DNA of 47,525 nucleotides from Mitosporidium daphniae. Its lineage: Eukaryota. Where the stretch lies: contig NW_013546556.1 in the NCBI RefSeq assembly GCF_000760515.2, positions 1-47,525 of the forward strand. The letters run 5' to 3'. The position numbers were made by a program, and so were the translations under genes. Shown piece after piece: positions 1-11,578 of this stretch. The notes beneath the pieces are model-generated. The model worked only from the letters and a program-made list of their open reading frames with translations. It made no database searches and was not told the origin of the DNA. Each line of letters opens with the position of its first letter. Position 1 is the first letter of the stretch.

Positions 1-2916
1 CGAGCCTTCCGTCCCTCTGGGCCTCCAAGCGGTGCTCTAACAATACCAGGTCTCGCTCTCCATTTTCATACGAAAGCTTTCTGATCATTAGATCGCTAAG
101 AGCATCTATCCATGAGGCGTATTTTTTCCCATAAAAGGGCTCGAATTGCGAGAAAATCCCCAGCCTAAATTAGAATCCACCTAACTTACCACTGCAGAGC
201 CAATAGATTTTCGGCGTCAAGAGACGCCGTGTTGACCGACAAAAGTTTCATTGCGTCCGCCTAAGGCGTTAAAGTTTGACTTGTACCCATTTAAGCGCAT
301 CAGTAAAGATTTTTGTATCCTCCGAGTTGAGCAGCCCGATATTTCTGATTTCAGCCAATATTTTTGCAAAGCCGGAATACCTCAGAGTTCCTCGTATGAA
401 AGTTTTCAAGCCATCGCCTATATTGGTGTTAGATGAATGGCTTGTTCCTACAGTTTTCCAGATTGTATGCGGCAAGATATGCCAACGAGTCCCTATTTGC
501 CAATCCCTCCAAACAAAAACCAGGAAATAGCGATGGCGTCAATATGTTTTTGTGTCTGCTCAAATTGAAATCGCTAAAACTAAAGGCATGGTCAAGAGAG
601 GCTCCCCCCTTATCGATCTCTACAACCTTCCCATCAAGAAGAAATCTGCACTTATTATTGAGTGCTAAAAATGCGCCTTTTGGTGACCACGAGAATTTGT
701 ATTTTAGCGGATTTCCAATTCCCGTGCACTCTGGAGCAGGAAGACCCCCGCACCATGATTGAAAAGAAGTTATGTTTGATGGCCCAATTTCGTCAATCAT
801 CTTGGAAGCGGTAAGGTGATCAAGCCCGGGATCGAGTCCCATCTCCCCAAGGATGAGAATCCCAGCTTCCTCGGCCCTAGATTTAAAATTTGCATATACC
901 GTTGCTTCATGCCCTTCAACTTGTCGCAGATATATGAAGAGGTAACCATAGGCTTTTTCGTGGCAATCGCAAGCGCTGCAATTCTCCAATGCATTGAGGC
1001 AGGTAGCAGACTATCAATAGATATAGGACTTAACCCTACCTAATGACGATATCGTGAGACGAGACAAGGCTTTTTAACAGATCCTCGTTATTCAAAAGAT
1101 CACACTGTAAATATGAGAACGAGAATTTGGACTCGCTACCATTATAATCAACCGAGCAAGATGGCCCAGATGCGTTTGACGTTGATGGGGAAAGGGTTGG
1201 AGTCAGCCCTACGGCAGTCATTTTGATTTTGGATCCCAATGGCAATTTTGCGGAGCTTCGTTCAAAGTAGTCGATTACGGGCATCGCAACAAGGCCATTT
1301 CCAAGCAGTAAAATACGTCTAACGTATCCTTCACTTTTGATCGCATGCGAAGGTAGCAAGGGAGACAAATGCGAAAAATTTCCTGCGAATTTCCCTTGTG
1401 GCGTTGTAATTTGAGCCCTTTGGAAAACCCTAAAGAAAGATGCAACAAATTCAACTTTGGAACGCCAGAAGCGGATGCGCCATTTTGAATGTATTCGGAA
1501 ACGATGCCTTTGAGCAGCCCTGAAAAATAGCTTGAAGAATCCTTTGGAAATTGGCATGGCAGATTATCAATTGACATAATCTGGATTTTTCGCCTTGGTC
1601 CAATGGCCACATCAAAAAACGGTGCGTCAATGGTGGTGGCCTTTGTTACTATCTCAACTGAGCCCTGGAATAAGACAATTGACGACATACTCCTATGTCG
1701 CACGTAATGTCAGAGATCGAAAGTAGACGCAATCTGCCTTCACTTTCTAATGAAGAAAGAGATTTTTGTGTAATAAATCTAGGAAATCGCTGATCCCAGT
1801 AAATTCCATTGACAAAAACAGAAATCCAGGGCAGAATCTGCGGGGAAAAGATCTAAAAGCAGTACCTGTGCTGGAAAAAGGTTTTCATATTCTTGTGGAT
1901 TTGCATAATAATCCTCTTTATCAAAGGGAAGACCTTTTTTGTGAGCAACGTAGTCTTTTGGCGTGATTTTGCAAATAAAAATCTTTTTTTGCGTGGAAGG
2001 ATCTAAAGGTGAAAACTGGAACCCCAACCATTTGCACTTCTTTTGGTAACCAGCTCTTCCAGTTCATCTGGAAGTACAAACTCGTGGGGAAGTAGCGTAA
2101 GCATATCCATGACACCCAAAGAATTAGGTTAATTGGAAAGTACCTTAGACACATGTCCAGAGCCTGTGATACAAAAAATCAATGGAGAAAAAGGTTGAGG
2201 AATTCCCTCCGATTGGATTCTCGCTGCAACATGCTCCTTGAGAAGCATTTTTGCCAACGAAACATTGTCGATGTATTGAGCCATTGGAAGGGACTATTTT
2301 GAGAAACAAGGCGATACTGTAAATGGATTTGAAAACAGCATTTCCAGCAGCCGATCGCCGAGCCCATGCAACGAGTTTATGATGCCGGCAACGCCTGCAT
2401 AGTACCCGAATTGCACTTTCCGCTTGCCGTTTTCGTCCACCAAAAGCTCCAAATCAAACAAAGACGATTTCTAAACGATAAGTTCAAAAGGATACTTTTG
2501 CAAGCATATCCTTCAATACAGGAATGTTATGCGCCTGGCCCTTATGGGTATGCGAAAAATATAAATACGATATCCTTGGAAGGATTTCGCTAGTTGGAAT
2601 TTCTTTAATGCCAAGTACCAAATCACACTCCGACAGGTCCTCGCCAATCACTGCGCCCGCCTAAATAAAAATAGATTACCACACCATGTACCTGCGCATA
2701 ACTGCCATTTGGATAGCATCTTTTGGTACATGGCTGGACTATTACCGAAAGTCCAGAATGTTCCGAAAACAAACTGCTTAAATCTGCAGGAACAATTGGA
2801 ACCCTTCTCTCCCAGCGACTCTTTCCCTCTCTTCTAATCCCAAGCTTAAAAGTGCCATAAAAGGACTTTAAAATTGAAACCCGGTAACGGGTAAAGTACA
2901 CACGATCAAGGCGCAT
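1..2916 (-). CDS. AASS: Bifunctional lysine-ketoglutarate reductase / saccharopine dehydrogenase (alpha-aminoadipic semialdehyde synthase); 3' end runs off the window; about 11 short introns
   Basis: Spliced translation has LKR motifs (LGIRREGKSRWERRVP, FSHTHKGQ, FGYYAGVAGIINSLHGLG, ITGSGHVS, DITCD.GGS, IMSIDNLP). These are followed by SDH motifs (ILLLGNGLVA, GEMGLDPGLDH, SWCGGLPAPE, NPLKYKFSWSP, ERDLVLLEH). N-terminus is basic and presequence-like. Example introns: 2661-2691, 2117-2143, 165-189. Confidence 0.93.
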
Positions 2917-3244
2917 TCGAAAGATCAAAATGTGGTAAAATCAATTGGCCATCAATGGCTATTGTCACATGTAATTTTCTCATTTTGTCTAATTCCCCAA
3001 ATACACACTATGGTTGATGACTATGACGACGAACACACACAACACAGACATTACATGCAACTAAATGGGGCAAGGGTTTTATTAAATTTTCAGAGAGAAG
3101 ATTAGCATTAAAGTCTTTTAGCACCAGAACATCGACATGCAAACAAGTGCAGCCGCGGTCTCGCTAATGTGACGGCTCTCATCATCAACAAACAAATTTG
3201 AATTTTTTTAAAATCTCAAAAGCCCATTAAAACGGCAAAATTTA

Positions 3245-3567
3245 ATGAGCTCCCCTCCTGACATTCAACAAAGACTTCTTTTTTTGGTGCAAGCCAATGC
3301 GCTTCTGGCATCATCAGAAAAAACCCAAGTTGTTGCTCGACAGCTTGGCGGTAATTTTAAAAAAATATGCAGGAGAATTGTCCAGAGAGTGTAGGAATCA
3401 CTGAAAGTTTCTTACCGCGTAGAGATCCGGCCGTTAAAAGAAGTCTTTGCAGAAAATGCTCGATTGTGCTGATTCCGCTGAAAACCTCGTCGTTGAAATC
3501 AAGCATTTCGCCCCGTAGGTTCTGTTTGACATGCAGAAATTCGAGTTTCAAGCGTGTCTGTTCATAG
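3245..3567 (+). CDS. RPP21: RNase P subunit Rpr2/RPP21 family; intron 3391-3422
   Basis: Spliced MSSPPDIQQRLLFLVQA...IVQRVDPAVKRSLCRKCSIVLIP...CLTC, matching the Rpr2 zinc-ribbon pattern (RLxFLxQA, PxVKRxLCxxC, CxxC). Confidence 0.85.
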
Positions 3568-3677
3568 CTATGCCCTTTGTGGGATATTGTGATGCATACT
3601 TGTGTGTGCCTAGGCGTGTAAAGTTTAAATTTCAACGGGTTTAAATAAAATTTCAGCCCATTTTATTTTGCATTGAA

Positions 3678-4919
3678 ATGACACAAATTTCTCGTTCATT
3701 TGTGAATGGCCCCATGATTTCTGGATCATGCAGAGAACATCTTTTAGAACTTATGGATCTCCTTCAGCTATATACGTCGATGGAAGAGGAAACCGACTAC
3801 AAAGAGGGGTTTCTTCTCACAAATGCTGTAATATCAACTTGCGACTCGATGCTCAGAACCTATGACCCGCAGCGTCATTCATCTTCGGATCAGCTTCCCA
3901 TTGATTCTCCGGTCTTTTACCACATATACGGTTCTTCTCTCCTTTCTCTTCTTTTTAGAGCCATCTCAAGCTATCTATCAGAGATCTCTAATATCCTGGA
4001 AGAGCACGATGGAACAAAAACATCTGTCAAACAAGAATACCAAGAAAGGGTTGTGCCCTTGCGCAAATACCAGAAAATTTTGGTCGAGACCGCGATGGAA
4101 TATTGCAAAGAGAGCTATCAAAAATCAATCGCCTGTGCAGCTAATATCCTCATGCCAAATGAGCAGGAAAGAAGCGAATCAGATCCTGGCGCTTTTGAGA
4201 TATTTGATGTTCTTGGAAGCACCGTTGCTAATAGAGAACTATTTTTTGAGTCTTTACTTGCTGAATGTTTCGTTAACAGGAGAGAAATGTACATCCCAGA
4301 CATCCTTAGCAGGGTTTCCGAGTTTGAGCCATCAATTTGTAAGGATCTTGTCAATGAAATAATTTTGTCAAAGTCCTCGTATTTTATCCAGAACTCGATT
4401 TTCTACATCCAAGTTGAGCTAAAATGGGCTGTGAATTTTGAAATTTGTGCATCCACGCCCACTGTCTCTTCTATGCTGGATAACGAGGACATAGCGCCAT
4501 GCGAGCCCAATTGGGCCTTGGATTTTGAATCTGATTCTGAAGAGGATAGCGATCAAAGTAATGACTTTGAGGAGGATAGCGATCAAAGTAATGACTTTGA
4601 CGAAGATAGTGATGAAAGTAATGACTTTGAGGAGGATATCACCAATTGCAAGAGCGATGACGGTTCCAATGAAAGCAACAGTGCTAACGAGTCTCCCCTC
4701 GAGGATGATCCAGAACTTACTATCAACGAAGATCTCCAAGAAACCGAAAGCTGTGTTAGGGATGAAAATGAGCTAATTCAAGATTTTGAGTCAATCGTCA
4801 ATATTAAGCAACAGTGCTTCACAGACGCTTCAAAAGCAATCGGCCTTGATCGCTTGTATCTATCCATTTGCGCCCTTAAGGGGCTATTATCATTTGCTGA
4901 CCAAAATTCGGCCAATTGA
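3678..4919 (+). CDS. Acidic protein, probable Ett1/Nro1 family; intronless
   Basis: LTNAVISTCDSMLR...FYHIYGSSLLSL resembles my recollection of Ett1/Nro1 (LNGIVHECDRLLR...FHGIYALALSEL). Contains a D/E/S-rich insertion. Confidence 0.5.
   Translation: MTQISRSFVNGPMISGSCREHLLELMDLLQLYTSMEEETDYKEGFLLTNAVISTCDSMLRTYDPQRHSSSDQLPIDSPVFYHIYGSSLLSLLFRAISSYLSEISNILEEHDGTKTSVKQEYQERVVPLRKYQKILVETAMEYCKESYQKSIACAANILMPNEQERSESDPGAFEIFDVLGSTVANRELFFESLLAECFVNRREMYIPDILSRVSEFEPSICKDLVNEIILSKSSYFIQNSIFYIQVELKWAVNFEICASTPTVSSMLDNEDIAPCEPNWALDFESDSEEDSDQSNDFEEDSDQSNDFDEDSDESNDFEEDITNCKSDDGSNESNSANESPLEDDPELTINEDLQETESCVRDENELIQDFESIVNIKQQCFTDASKAIGLDRLYLSICALKGLLSFADQNSAN
4539..4637 (+). repeat. Coding 30-nt tandem repeat, about 3.3 copies (EEDSDQSNDF)
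   Basis: gaagaggatagcgatcaaagtaatgacttt / gaggaggatagcgatcaaagtaatgacttt / gacgaagatagtgatgaaagtaatgacttt / gaggaggat. Confidence 0.95.
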
Positions 4920-4960
4920 CCAACATTTTAAATTAAAGCCAAAAATTTCAAATTTCACTC

Positions 4961-5305
4961 ATGGCCACAGAAGCCCTTTTTCCGTTAGGTATGCCTATCC
5001 TGGAGGCGTCAACTTGTTGTTTACATGATAGAACTGCTAGACAGGTCCATTGGAAATAGAATTAAAGTTATCCTGAAGGCAGATCGAGAGTTTTGTGGAG
5101 TCCTCTGCGGGTTTGATGATTTTGTCAACATCGTTTTGGAAGATGTCACTGAGATGTAAGATCAATGGCGGCTTATTGCAATTTTGTAGATTTACCAACC
5201 AGGAGGGTCGACACGAGTGCAAGCTCTCTAGAGTATTACTGAATGGAAATAACATTTGCATGGTAAATCCCCGATCTTAACCGATAATAGATAATCCCCG
5301 AATAA
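4961..5305 (+). CDS. LSM5: U6 snRNA-associated Sm-like protein LSm5; introns 4989-5031, 5156-5189, 5263-5290
   Basis: Spliced [50 protein letters not shown]...[14 protein letters not shown]. Confidence 0.93.
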
Positions 5306-5344
5306 ACATCAAAGTTAACCGGTTTATTATTTTATAGATCATCA

Positions 5345-5733
5345 CTACCTTAAAAACCGGTGAGTGGCATATGCCAACAGGAACATCGAGACCGCAGCAC
5401 AAAGACCGTAATAAAGGCCCAAGTTTCGTTTCTTTGGGCTTGCTGATTCTAGCCTTCCAATTGCAAAACTCTTCAGCCGCTCTCGAGCGTCTGACGAGTG
5501 GCCGATATCCTCAAATGCTTCCGTTGCATCTTGGCCTGCATAGTCTCGAATTACTGTTTTACCACCAGGATGCTAAAGGTTATTTGCGCTACAAGATCTA
5601 CCTCCAAGTGGAAAGTTGTAACATCGTACACGATCCCATCAACAATAACCCAAAGATCATCGATGCGGTTGTGCTTCTCGATCTCCAAATGAGAGTAAAC
5701 CTTTTCAGTAGATCCACAAGCACTATGCACCAT
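5345..5733 (-). CDS. CYB5: Cytochrome b5, tail-anchored; intron 5573-5601
   Basis: Spliced [37 protein letters not shown] with both heme-ligand His residues and a C-terminal hydrophobic anchor. Confidence 0.92.
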
Positions 5734-6023
5734 GAAAAGGAAAATTTTTAGGGTTGTCAACCACAAACAACCAGGTGATAAATTTCAATATGCCCAAAAT
5801 TTTTCCCATTATTGCCCTTTTAGCTACTCTGGTGTATCTCGCCCATAAATTGGTGCAATTTTTCGAGCAAGTAACTTGGATACCAAGGGATATTTTTGCA
5901 TGCCAATTTATTTGGAGAATGTGTATCTTATTGATGTGATGAAGCCCGCCTCTGGTCACACCATTTAAAAATGTTGCTGTACATTTCGCTCCAAAATGAG
6001 GACAATTTAATTAGCCCGTAAAT

Positions 6024-6033
6024 CAGCCAATCA
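6024..6033 (+). promoter_or_regulatory. CCAAT box upstream of the CTL gene
   Basis: CAGCCAATCA matches the NF-Y/HAP consensus, about 50 nt before ATG 6083. Confidence 0.4.
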
Positions 6034-6082
6034 TTTTTATCCTGGATATTATGTGTTCTAACTGACGAAACTAGTTTCTTCC

Positions 6083-8052
6083 ATGCAGAGTGAATCACGC
6101 GCTCCGTTCGACCCAAATTTAAAATATAAGGTCAGAGACTTTGTATGGACCCTTTTGTTTATACTATATGTTGGCGGTATGGTATTTATTTCGCGGTGCA
6201 CAGTTTCCATGGAAAATATCAACAGAGTTAGATATGGTTCCGATTCTGATGGAAATGTTTGCGGCACGGTCAATAAAAGGCCTGACGGCTCAATTCTCGA
6301 TCTTACTGGCCTTCCCTATGCCTTTTTTATGGATGGCCACAATCTCCCGAAAAGCAAGATCATCTGCGTTTCAAAATGCCCTGAAAAAAGCACGTATTGG
6401 AGCGACATTTGTTCTTACTTGGATAACGATAGCAGATGCGTTGTCGGGTACCCCTCTAAACCAAGTATTGCTGTTTTTTAATTTTTAGCTTTTAACCGAT
6501 GTGTTCCTGTAGATTTATTTGCATCTGATCCCAGCTCCACATTGTCTTCAAAAAACTGGAAGAAAGCTGAAGTCGAAGGCTTTTTGGGCGATCGAACACC
6601 CTTGGAGTCGTTTCCGGAGGCCATTGCGGATTCTTGGGACTTGATCGTGATTTCGTTGGGAATCGCCACTTTTCTTGCCATTTTGTGGCTATTTTTCATC
6701 CCGTTTATTTCAACGCTGGTGGTGTGGATCACCATTTGGGTCACTCTTTTGATATCAAAAATAGCAACCGCATATGCATGGGGCCTCTATTATGAGGTGG
6801 CCACCAATACCGATTTGTCTTTTATCTACCAGATTGATTTCTTTGCCGCAAATGAGAAATTGCTGCTGTGCCTTGCGAGTTCTTTTTCCATTCTTTTGGT
6901 GTTTATCAGCTTTTTCATGCTTTCTTGCTATAAAAGAATGGATTTGTCGATCCAACTGATTGACGAGAGCTCGAATTTGCTGCAAAAGGTGCAGCTTGTA
7001 TTTTTAGTGCCCATTGTTAATTATGTGCTCATCATGGCGCTGTTTTCGCTTGCCATCGTCGTGGTTTCTATTTTGATTTTTTGCAAAGACCAGGTGTTTT
7101 TCGAGGCTTCTGCAATCTTAGCGTTATATGTCTGCCCAATTGAGACACCCAGGGACAAGTATGCCAACTATTTTTTTCTTTAGGCTCATAAATTGCTTTC
7201 TAATTTACTTTTTATTTGGACTGGTTTGGGTTTGGAATGTCATCGATGCCGTCTGTGATAGCATCATTGGTGGAGCGATCGCAGAATGGTATTGGACCCC
7301 TGCATCTGTCAAGGATAAGCATGTTTCCAATTCGGTGACCCTGCTGTTTCGATCTACAATCAGGACGCTCTACTACTCATTTGGAAGCATCGTGATGGGC
7401 TCTCTCATGATCTCCTTCCTGTTAGCAATCAGATACATGCTCGAATTTATCAAGAAAAAGCTTGAGGGTGTCGAATACCGACTGATTCGCCTCGTTCTTT
7501 CTGCCACTCAGTTCATCCTATTTTTTATTGAAAAGTTCGTTGCATATATGAACCGGGCCGGCTACATACACATGGCCATGTATAATTCGTCCTATGTTGA
7601 CTCTGTGCATTCTGTTGCAAATTTACTTTCTCGAAACTCGTTTAGATCATTTGTGCTGGGATGGATCACCTTTCTTGTATTGTTTATAGCAAAGTCTTCC
7701 ATTACCCTTGTCGCTGTTTCGTATGCAGCACAAGAGCTTTTCGTGGTGTCTGACAGTGCGGACGTGAAATATTATTTCAAATCCACCCATGTGGGAACGG
7801 CTTTGGTATGGAAGCTTTGTAACTTTTTATCGTTAGGTTGTGTTGATACTTGCTTACATCATTGCAAGCGTGTTTGTCTCCGTCATGGATATTGCCATCC
7901 ATACGCTGTTTATTTGTTTTCGTAAGCCCATTATTATTCTTACCCTCTCTGTAGTTGAAGATTGCGAGAGAAACGACGGGTCTAAAGCGCGTCCATATCT
8001 GATGTCGGAAGGCCTACGTAGATTTGCAGAGGAAAATAAAGCCTCCGCATAG
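6083..8052 (+). CDS. Choline transporter-like protein (SLC44/CTL/Pns1 family); several short introns
   Basis: RYGSDSDGNVCG, ICVSKCP, FNRCVP (after intron 6465-6488), GAIAEWYW, YSFGSIVMGS, MNRAGYIHMAMY, DTLF-like HTLFICF and EDCERNDGS; multiple TM segments. Confidence 0.9.
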
Positions 8053-8101
8053 CAAAATAAAATAATTTAATGCTTTAATTTTAGCGCTGGAGCGAGTGTA
8101 T

Positions 8102-9626
8102 TCAGTTCCTTTTTCTAATCGATGCTCGTCTATTGCGCGAGGCGGCGTTGGCCTTGCTTCCCGCCACAGACTCGTCCGGTATGGCTGGGGTATTTGATGC
8201 TACACTTGGCAATGCTGATGCCGCGGAAGGTGCAGCCGATTGGGTCAATACTCGCGAGGTGGTCAGTTTTGGGCTTGTAATGGCAATGGGCGGTGTAAGC
8301 TTTTCATCACTTTTTTTGTTGAGATCCTCGACAAAAATTGATGAGAGAGAAGGTACGTTTTTAAAGCAGTCTTCGATCCTACTTTTTGACGGTGTTCCTC
8401 CATGCCCATCCTCCTCCTGCCCCGATGAAGAGTCAGAAGAAAAAGAGAGATCCTGTTTGGTTGCCAAAGGCCGTGAATCTAATGGCAGATGGTTTCTTTT
8501 TGAAGCATCCTCTAGTCTTTGTGGAATGGCTGATAAGGGCTGAGAAAAAATGACGTTTTTAAACCGCTTATCATCATCTTCTGACGAGGAGGAGGAGGAG
8601 CTTTCTTCTTCAGAGGAAGATTCTCCGGAATCACTTTTTGCTGGAGCTGGGGGCCTGGTAGCAACATTATTTTGGCTCTTTGGCGCACACGCTCCACCCG
8701 GTATTTGATCATCAGATGATCCGCTTTCGGAAGTATCAGTGTCCGAGGTATCATCTTCGGAAGATTCGCTCTCAGAATGCTTTTTGTGATGATTGGCATT
8801 GGGGTGTCCATATTTTTGGACCACTGCCGCCTTATTTTTAGCTTCCTCGCCCACAATGGTGTGTGTCTGTTTGATGAGATTGGGCTTTTTTTCTTCATCA
8901 CTCGGGTGTTGTTGCTTGAAATTCGCCGTCGCTGCTATTTTTGTGGCAGGCATGTTCAAAGGAGGACCATCCGGCGCTGAATCTACCTCGTCGCTTTCGC
9001 CCAGTGACTCGGTAATGGAGAGTGATTCTTCTTCAAGATCATCATCATCCTCCTCCTCGTCTTCCATGTCTGCGGAGCTTGTTGACGAAAGAGCGGGGGC
9101 CACAATTGTCTCAATCTCCTCATCCTCAGTCTCTTGATGGAAATTAACGGATGCACCGCCAAGGTGTGGGAATGGGTCGTGGGCATCGCTGTCCGATTGG
9201 ATTGGGCTAAATTTAGAAATCAAGTCTTCTATTTCGGCCTCGTCAGAAGAATACGAGTTCCGCTGTTTTTTGCTGGAAACCGGTCCCGCACACGGGTCGG
9301 TCTGGTCGGTGATTACGAGAATTGTGCTTTGGTCGCCAAGGACTTCAGATAGCACATCTTCATCGCACATGTCATAATGATCCGGGGTCCTAAGAAAAAA
9401 CCGTTCAAGCCTACATCTGATAAAGCAGATAAACTTACCTGTCTGGGGCGTATAAAGAGGAAAAGCGGTCTTTGATTGCGGATCTCAGCTCTGAAATGGG
9501 GATTGAGCTATTTTTTACAATCAGAAACTGATATAAAAGATCGTGATCTTTTTCCTCATAAGACCGCTTTTTGGCTTGGCAACGCAAAGCAGGGCAAAAG
9601 ATTTTGACTTGATAACGGTTGGCCAC
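8102..9626 (-). CDS. Low-complexity S/D/E-rich protein with an N-terminal Net1/Tof2/Dnt1-like domain; probable GTG start; intron about 9411-9438
   Basis: Spliced VANRYQVKIF...YQFLIVKNSSIPISELRSAIKDRFSSLYAP...TPDHYDMCDEDVLSEVLGDQSTILVI resembles the Cdc14-binding Net1/Dnt1 N-terminus. An acidic serine-rich tail and a basic C-terminus (RNRRASIRKRN) follow. Confidence 0.55.
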
Positions 9627-9661
9627 TTTGAAAAAATTTAATAATAAAAATGCAATTTTAT

Positions 9662-11386
9662 TTATGCAAGTGCCACAGTGGGTGGCGATCGGCTTGCTTG
9701 TCGTCCCCTTCTAAATAAAGACGCCATTGAAGAGAGCCACTTTGAAAGTACAAATCGGATCCTTTTGAAAAAAGACACACGGCGCTCGACATTTTGATCC
9801 TCTGTGCAAGTATTGTCGTTGAGCTCTTTTTCTTCCAAGGCACGCTTTAGCGAATTATAGCAGTCAAATTTGCACATGGGACAGGATGATGCTCTATTAA
9901 CGAGCCATGCATCGATGCATTCTGGGTGGAAGATGTGCTGGCAAGGCAATTCCCTTACTTTTGATTTGATTGAAAAATCTTCAATACAAATGGGACACAT
10001 GTCGTTGAACAATATGGGAGACGTTGGTTTTCCAGAAGAAAAGTAATAAAGTGAGCTCCTTATCGTTTTCATAAGCCATGATGAGGTAGATCGTACCGAC
10101 GGTGCGGGCGAGGCCACAGTCGCTGCAGAGTTGTTGCCTGCAGACGTGGTGCCAGACCGTGAAGTAGAGGTGGACCTGATGCGTTGGCCATTCTCGATCG
10201 GATTATCGATGTTTGAATTGATATCGACAATGTTAATGGTAGTCGAGGTATTTTGGATGCGCGACTCCAGCGTGATGGGCGCGCTGGATTGACTGCCATC
10301 ATCCACACCGCTGTGTGTATTCAGAAACACTGCATCGTCTGGAGTGGAAGATCTTTTTCTCAAGCCGCTTTGCACGTTTTCCAAGTCTCCGTATACACGG
10401 ATGGGAAGATATCGCAAATATGCTTCTGGAAGAACCTGTTGTTGCTGGAACCCGGTCTCGGTGTTTCCACCTTGGCCTTGCTGGTGCCCCCTTGAATGGA
10501 AAAAGTAAAAATGAAGAACGATGGAGGTGATGAAGGAAACTGCCAACAGCACCACGACAACCAAAAGCGCAAATTCAAGCACCCCCAAATTTCTACTTGC
10601 ATCTAGCCCTGTGACAAGAGTTGCCCTCAGCCAAGCATCATCCTGGGAATGGTTAACGGGGGCAGAATCGGAAACGGCAGCAAACGAGGTAACGTTGCTG
10701 GCCGTCATGGTGGGCGAGCTATTGTTTAGCGTTGGCAAGCCGCCAGGCGGGACCGGAAGGATTCTATGCTGTCTATACCAATTGGTCAGGCTAAGCAGCG
10801 TTTCTCCGATTCCCGTTGCCACTGAAAAGACAACCAGTCTTGACTTTATGCCCTTGAGCAAGATATCTTGATCCGTAGGTAATATCGGTCCAATTAGGAT
10901 GATCCCAACCACAGAAGGGATGCGCTGCGCCATCATTAACTTGCGGTCAATGGAACAGTTTCCGCTCATCTCCATCAACACAACAATTTTGGAATTCTGT
11001 TCCGACGGCGAAAATAGGATTTTAGTGGAGACATTATTATTTGCCGATGTCGTCGTAAAAATCGATTGTTCCAATGGCTCGCAGCCATCGAGCGGAGAAA
11101 ACGGGATCAGCTCACCAACCACGTTTCCGTCAGAATGCTCGTCATCGTTATTATCTTCGTTCTCGGGCCCATTTACAAAGTCTAGTGTCGACTCGGAATC
11201 GACCTGAGAGATGCCAGAAAACGAAGATGAAATTGCAGAGATGATTGGAACTGCATCCATGAGGGTCGCATTTACCGGCTGCTTATCTATGCCGGGGATG
11301 ACCGATTCGATCCTGATGAAAGAGCGAGAATAGACGTGAGCCACCGATAACAGCAGAAAGCTAACAAATAATAAAATTTTCTTCAT
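9662..11386 (-). CDS. PA-TM-RING E3 ubiquitin ligase (RNF13/GRAIL-like); intronless
   Basis: Signal peptide MKKILLFVSFLLLSVAHVYS, PA-like segment (PLDGCEP...GNCSIDRKLMMAQ), one TM helix, and a RING-H2 motif CPICIEDF...LPCQHIFHPECIDAWL...CPMC. Confidence 0.9.
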   Translation of the reverse strand: MKKILLFVSFLLLSVAHVYSRSFIRIESVIPGIDKQPVNATLMDAVPIISAISSSFSGISQVDSESTLDFVNGPENEDNNDDEHSDGNVVGELIPFSPLDGCEPLEQSIFTTTSANNNVSTKILFSPSEQNSKIVVLMEMSGNCSIDRKLMMAQRIPSVVGIILIGPILPTDQDILLKGIKSRLVVFSVATGIGETLLSLTNWYRQHRILPVPPGGLPTLNNSSPTMTASNVTSFAAVSDSAPVNHSQDDAWLRATLVTGLDASRNLGVLEFALLVVVVLLAVSFITSIVLHFYFFHSRGHQQGQGGNTETGFQQQQVLPEAYLRYLPIRVYGDLENVQSGLRKRSSTPDDAVFLNTHSGVDDGSQSSAPITLESRIQNTSTTINIVDINSNIDNPIENGQRIRSTSTSRSGTTSAGNNSAATVASPAPSVRSTSSWLMKTIRSSLYYFSSGKPTSPILFNDMCPICIEDFSIKSKVRELPCQHIFHPECIDAWLVNRASSCPMCKFDCYNSLKRALEEKELNDNTCTEDQNVERRVSFFKRIRFVLSKWLSSMASLFRRGRQASRSPPTVALA

Positions 11387-11537
11387 TGCCCTCGCCAACG
11401 TAATGCATGAATGCATTAATATTAAAAAGACAAGGGACAGCACCCAAATTTAGAAGTTTGAAGAATGATCACTCATTAGTAAATCTTAAAGCTTCTGTAT
11501 ATGTAATAAAGACAAGCTAAATTTTAAACTTTATTTG

Positions 11538-11578
11538 CATCCATCCATCCATCCATCCATCCATCCATCTATCCACCC
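11538..11578 (+). repeat. (CATC)n microsatellite just upstream of SEC17
   Basis: Eight perfect CATC units, then degenerate copies. Confidence 0.95.

Noticed and set aside
3010..3105. 31-codon ORF in the AASS/RPP21 divergent gap
   Set aside because: No motif or splice-supported extension, so it cannot be supported as a gene.
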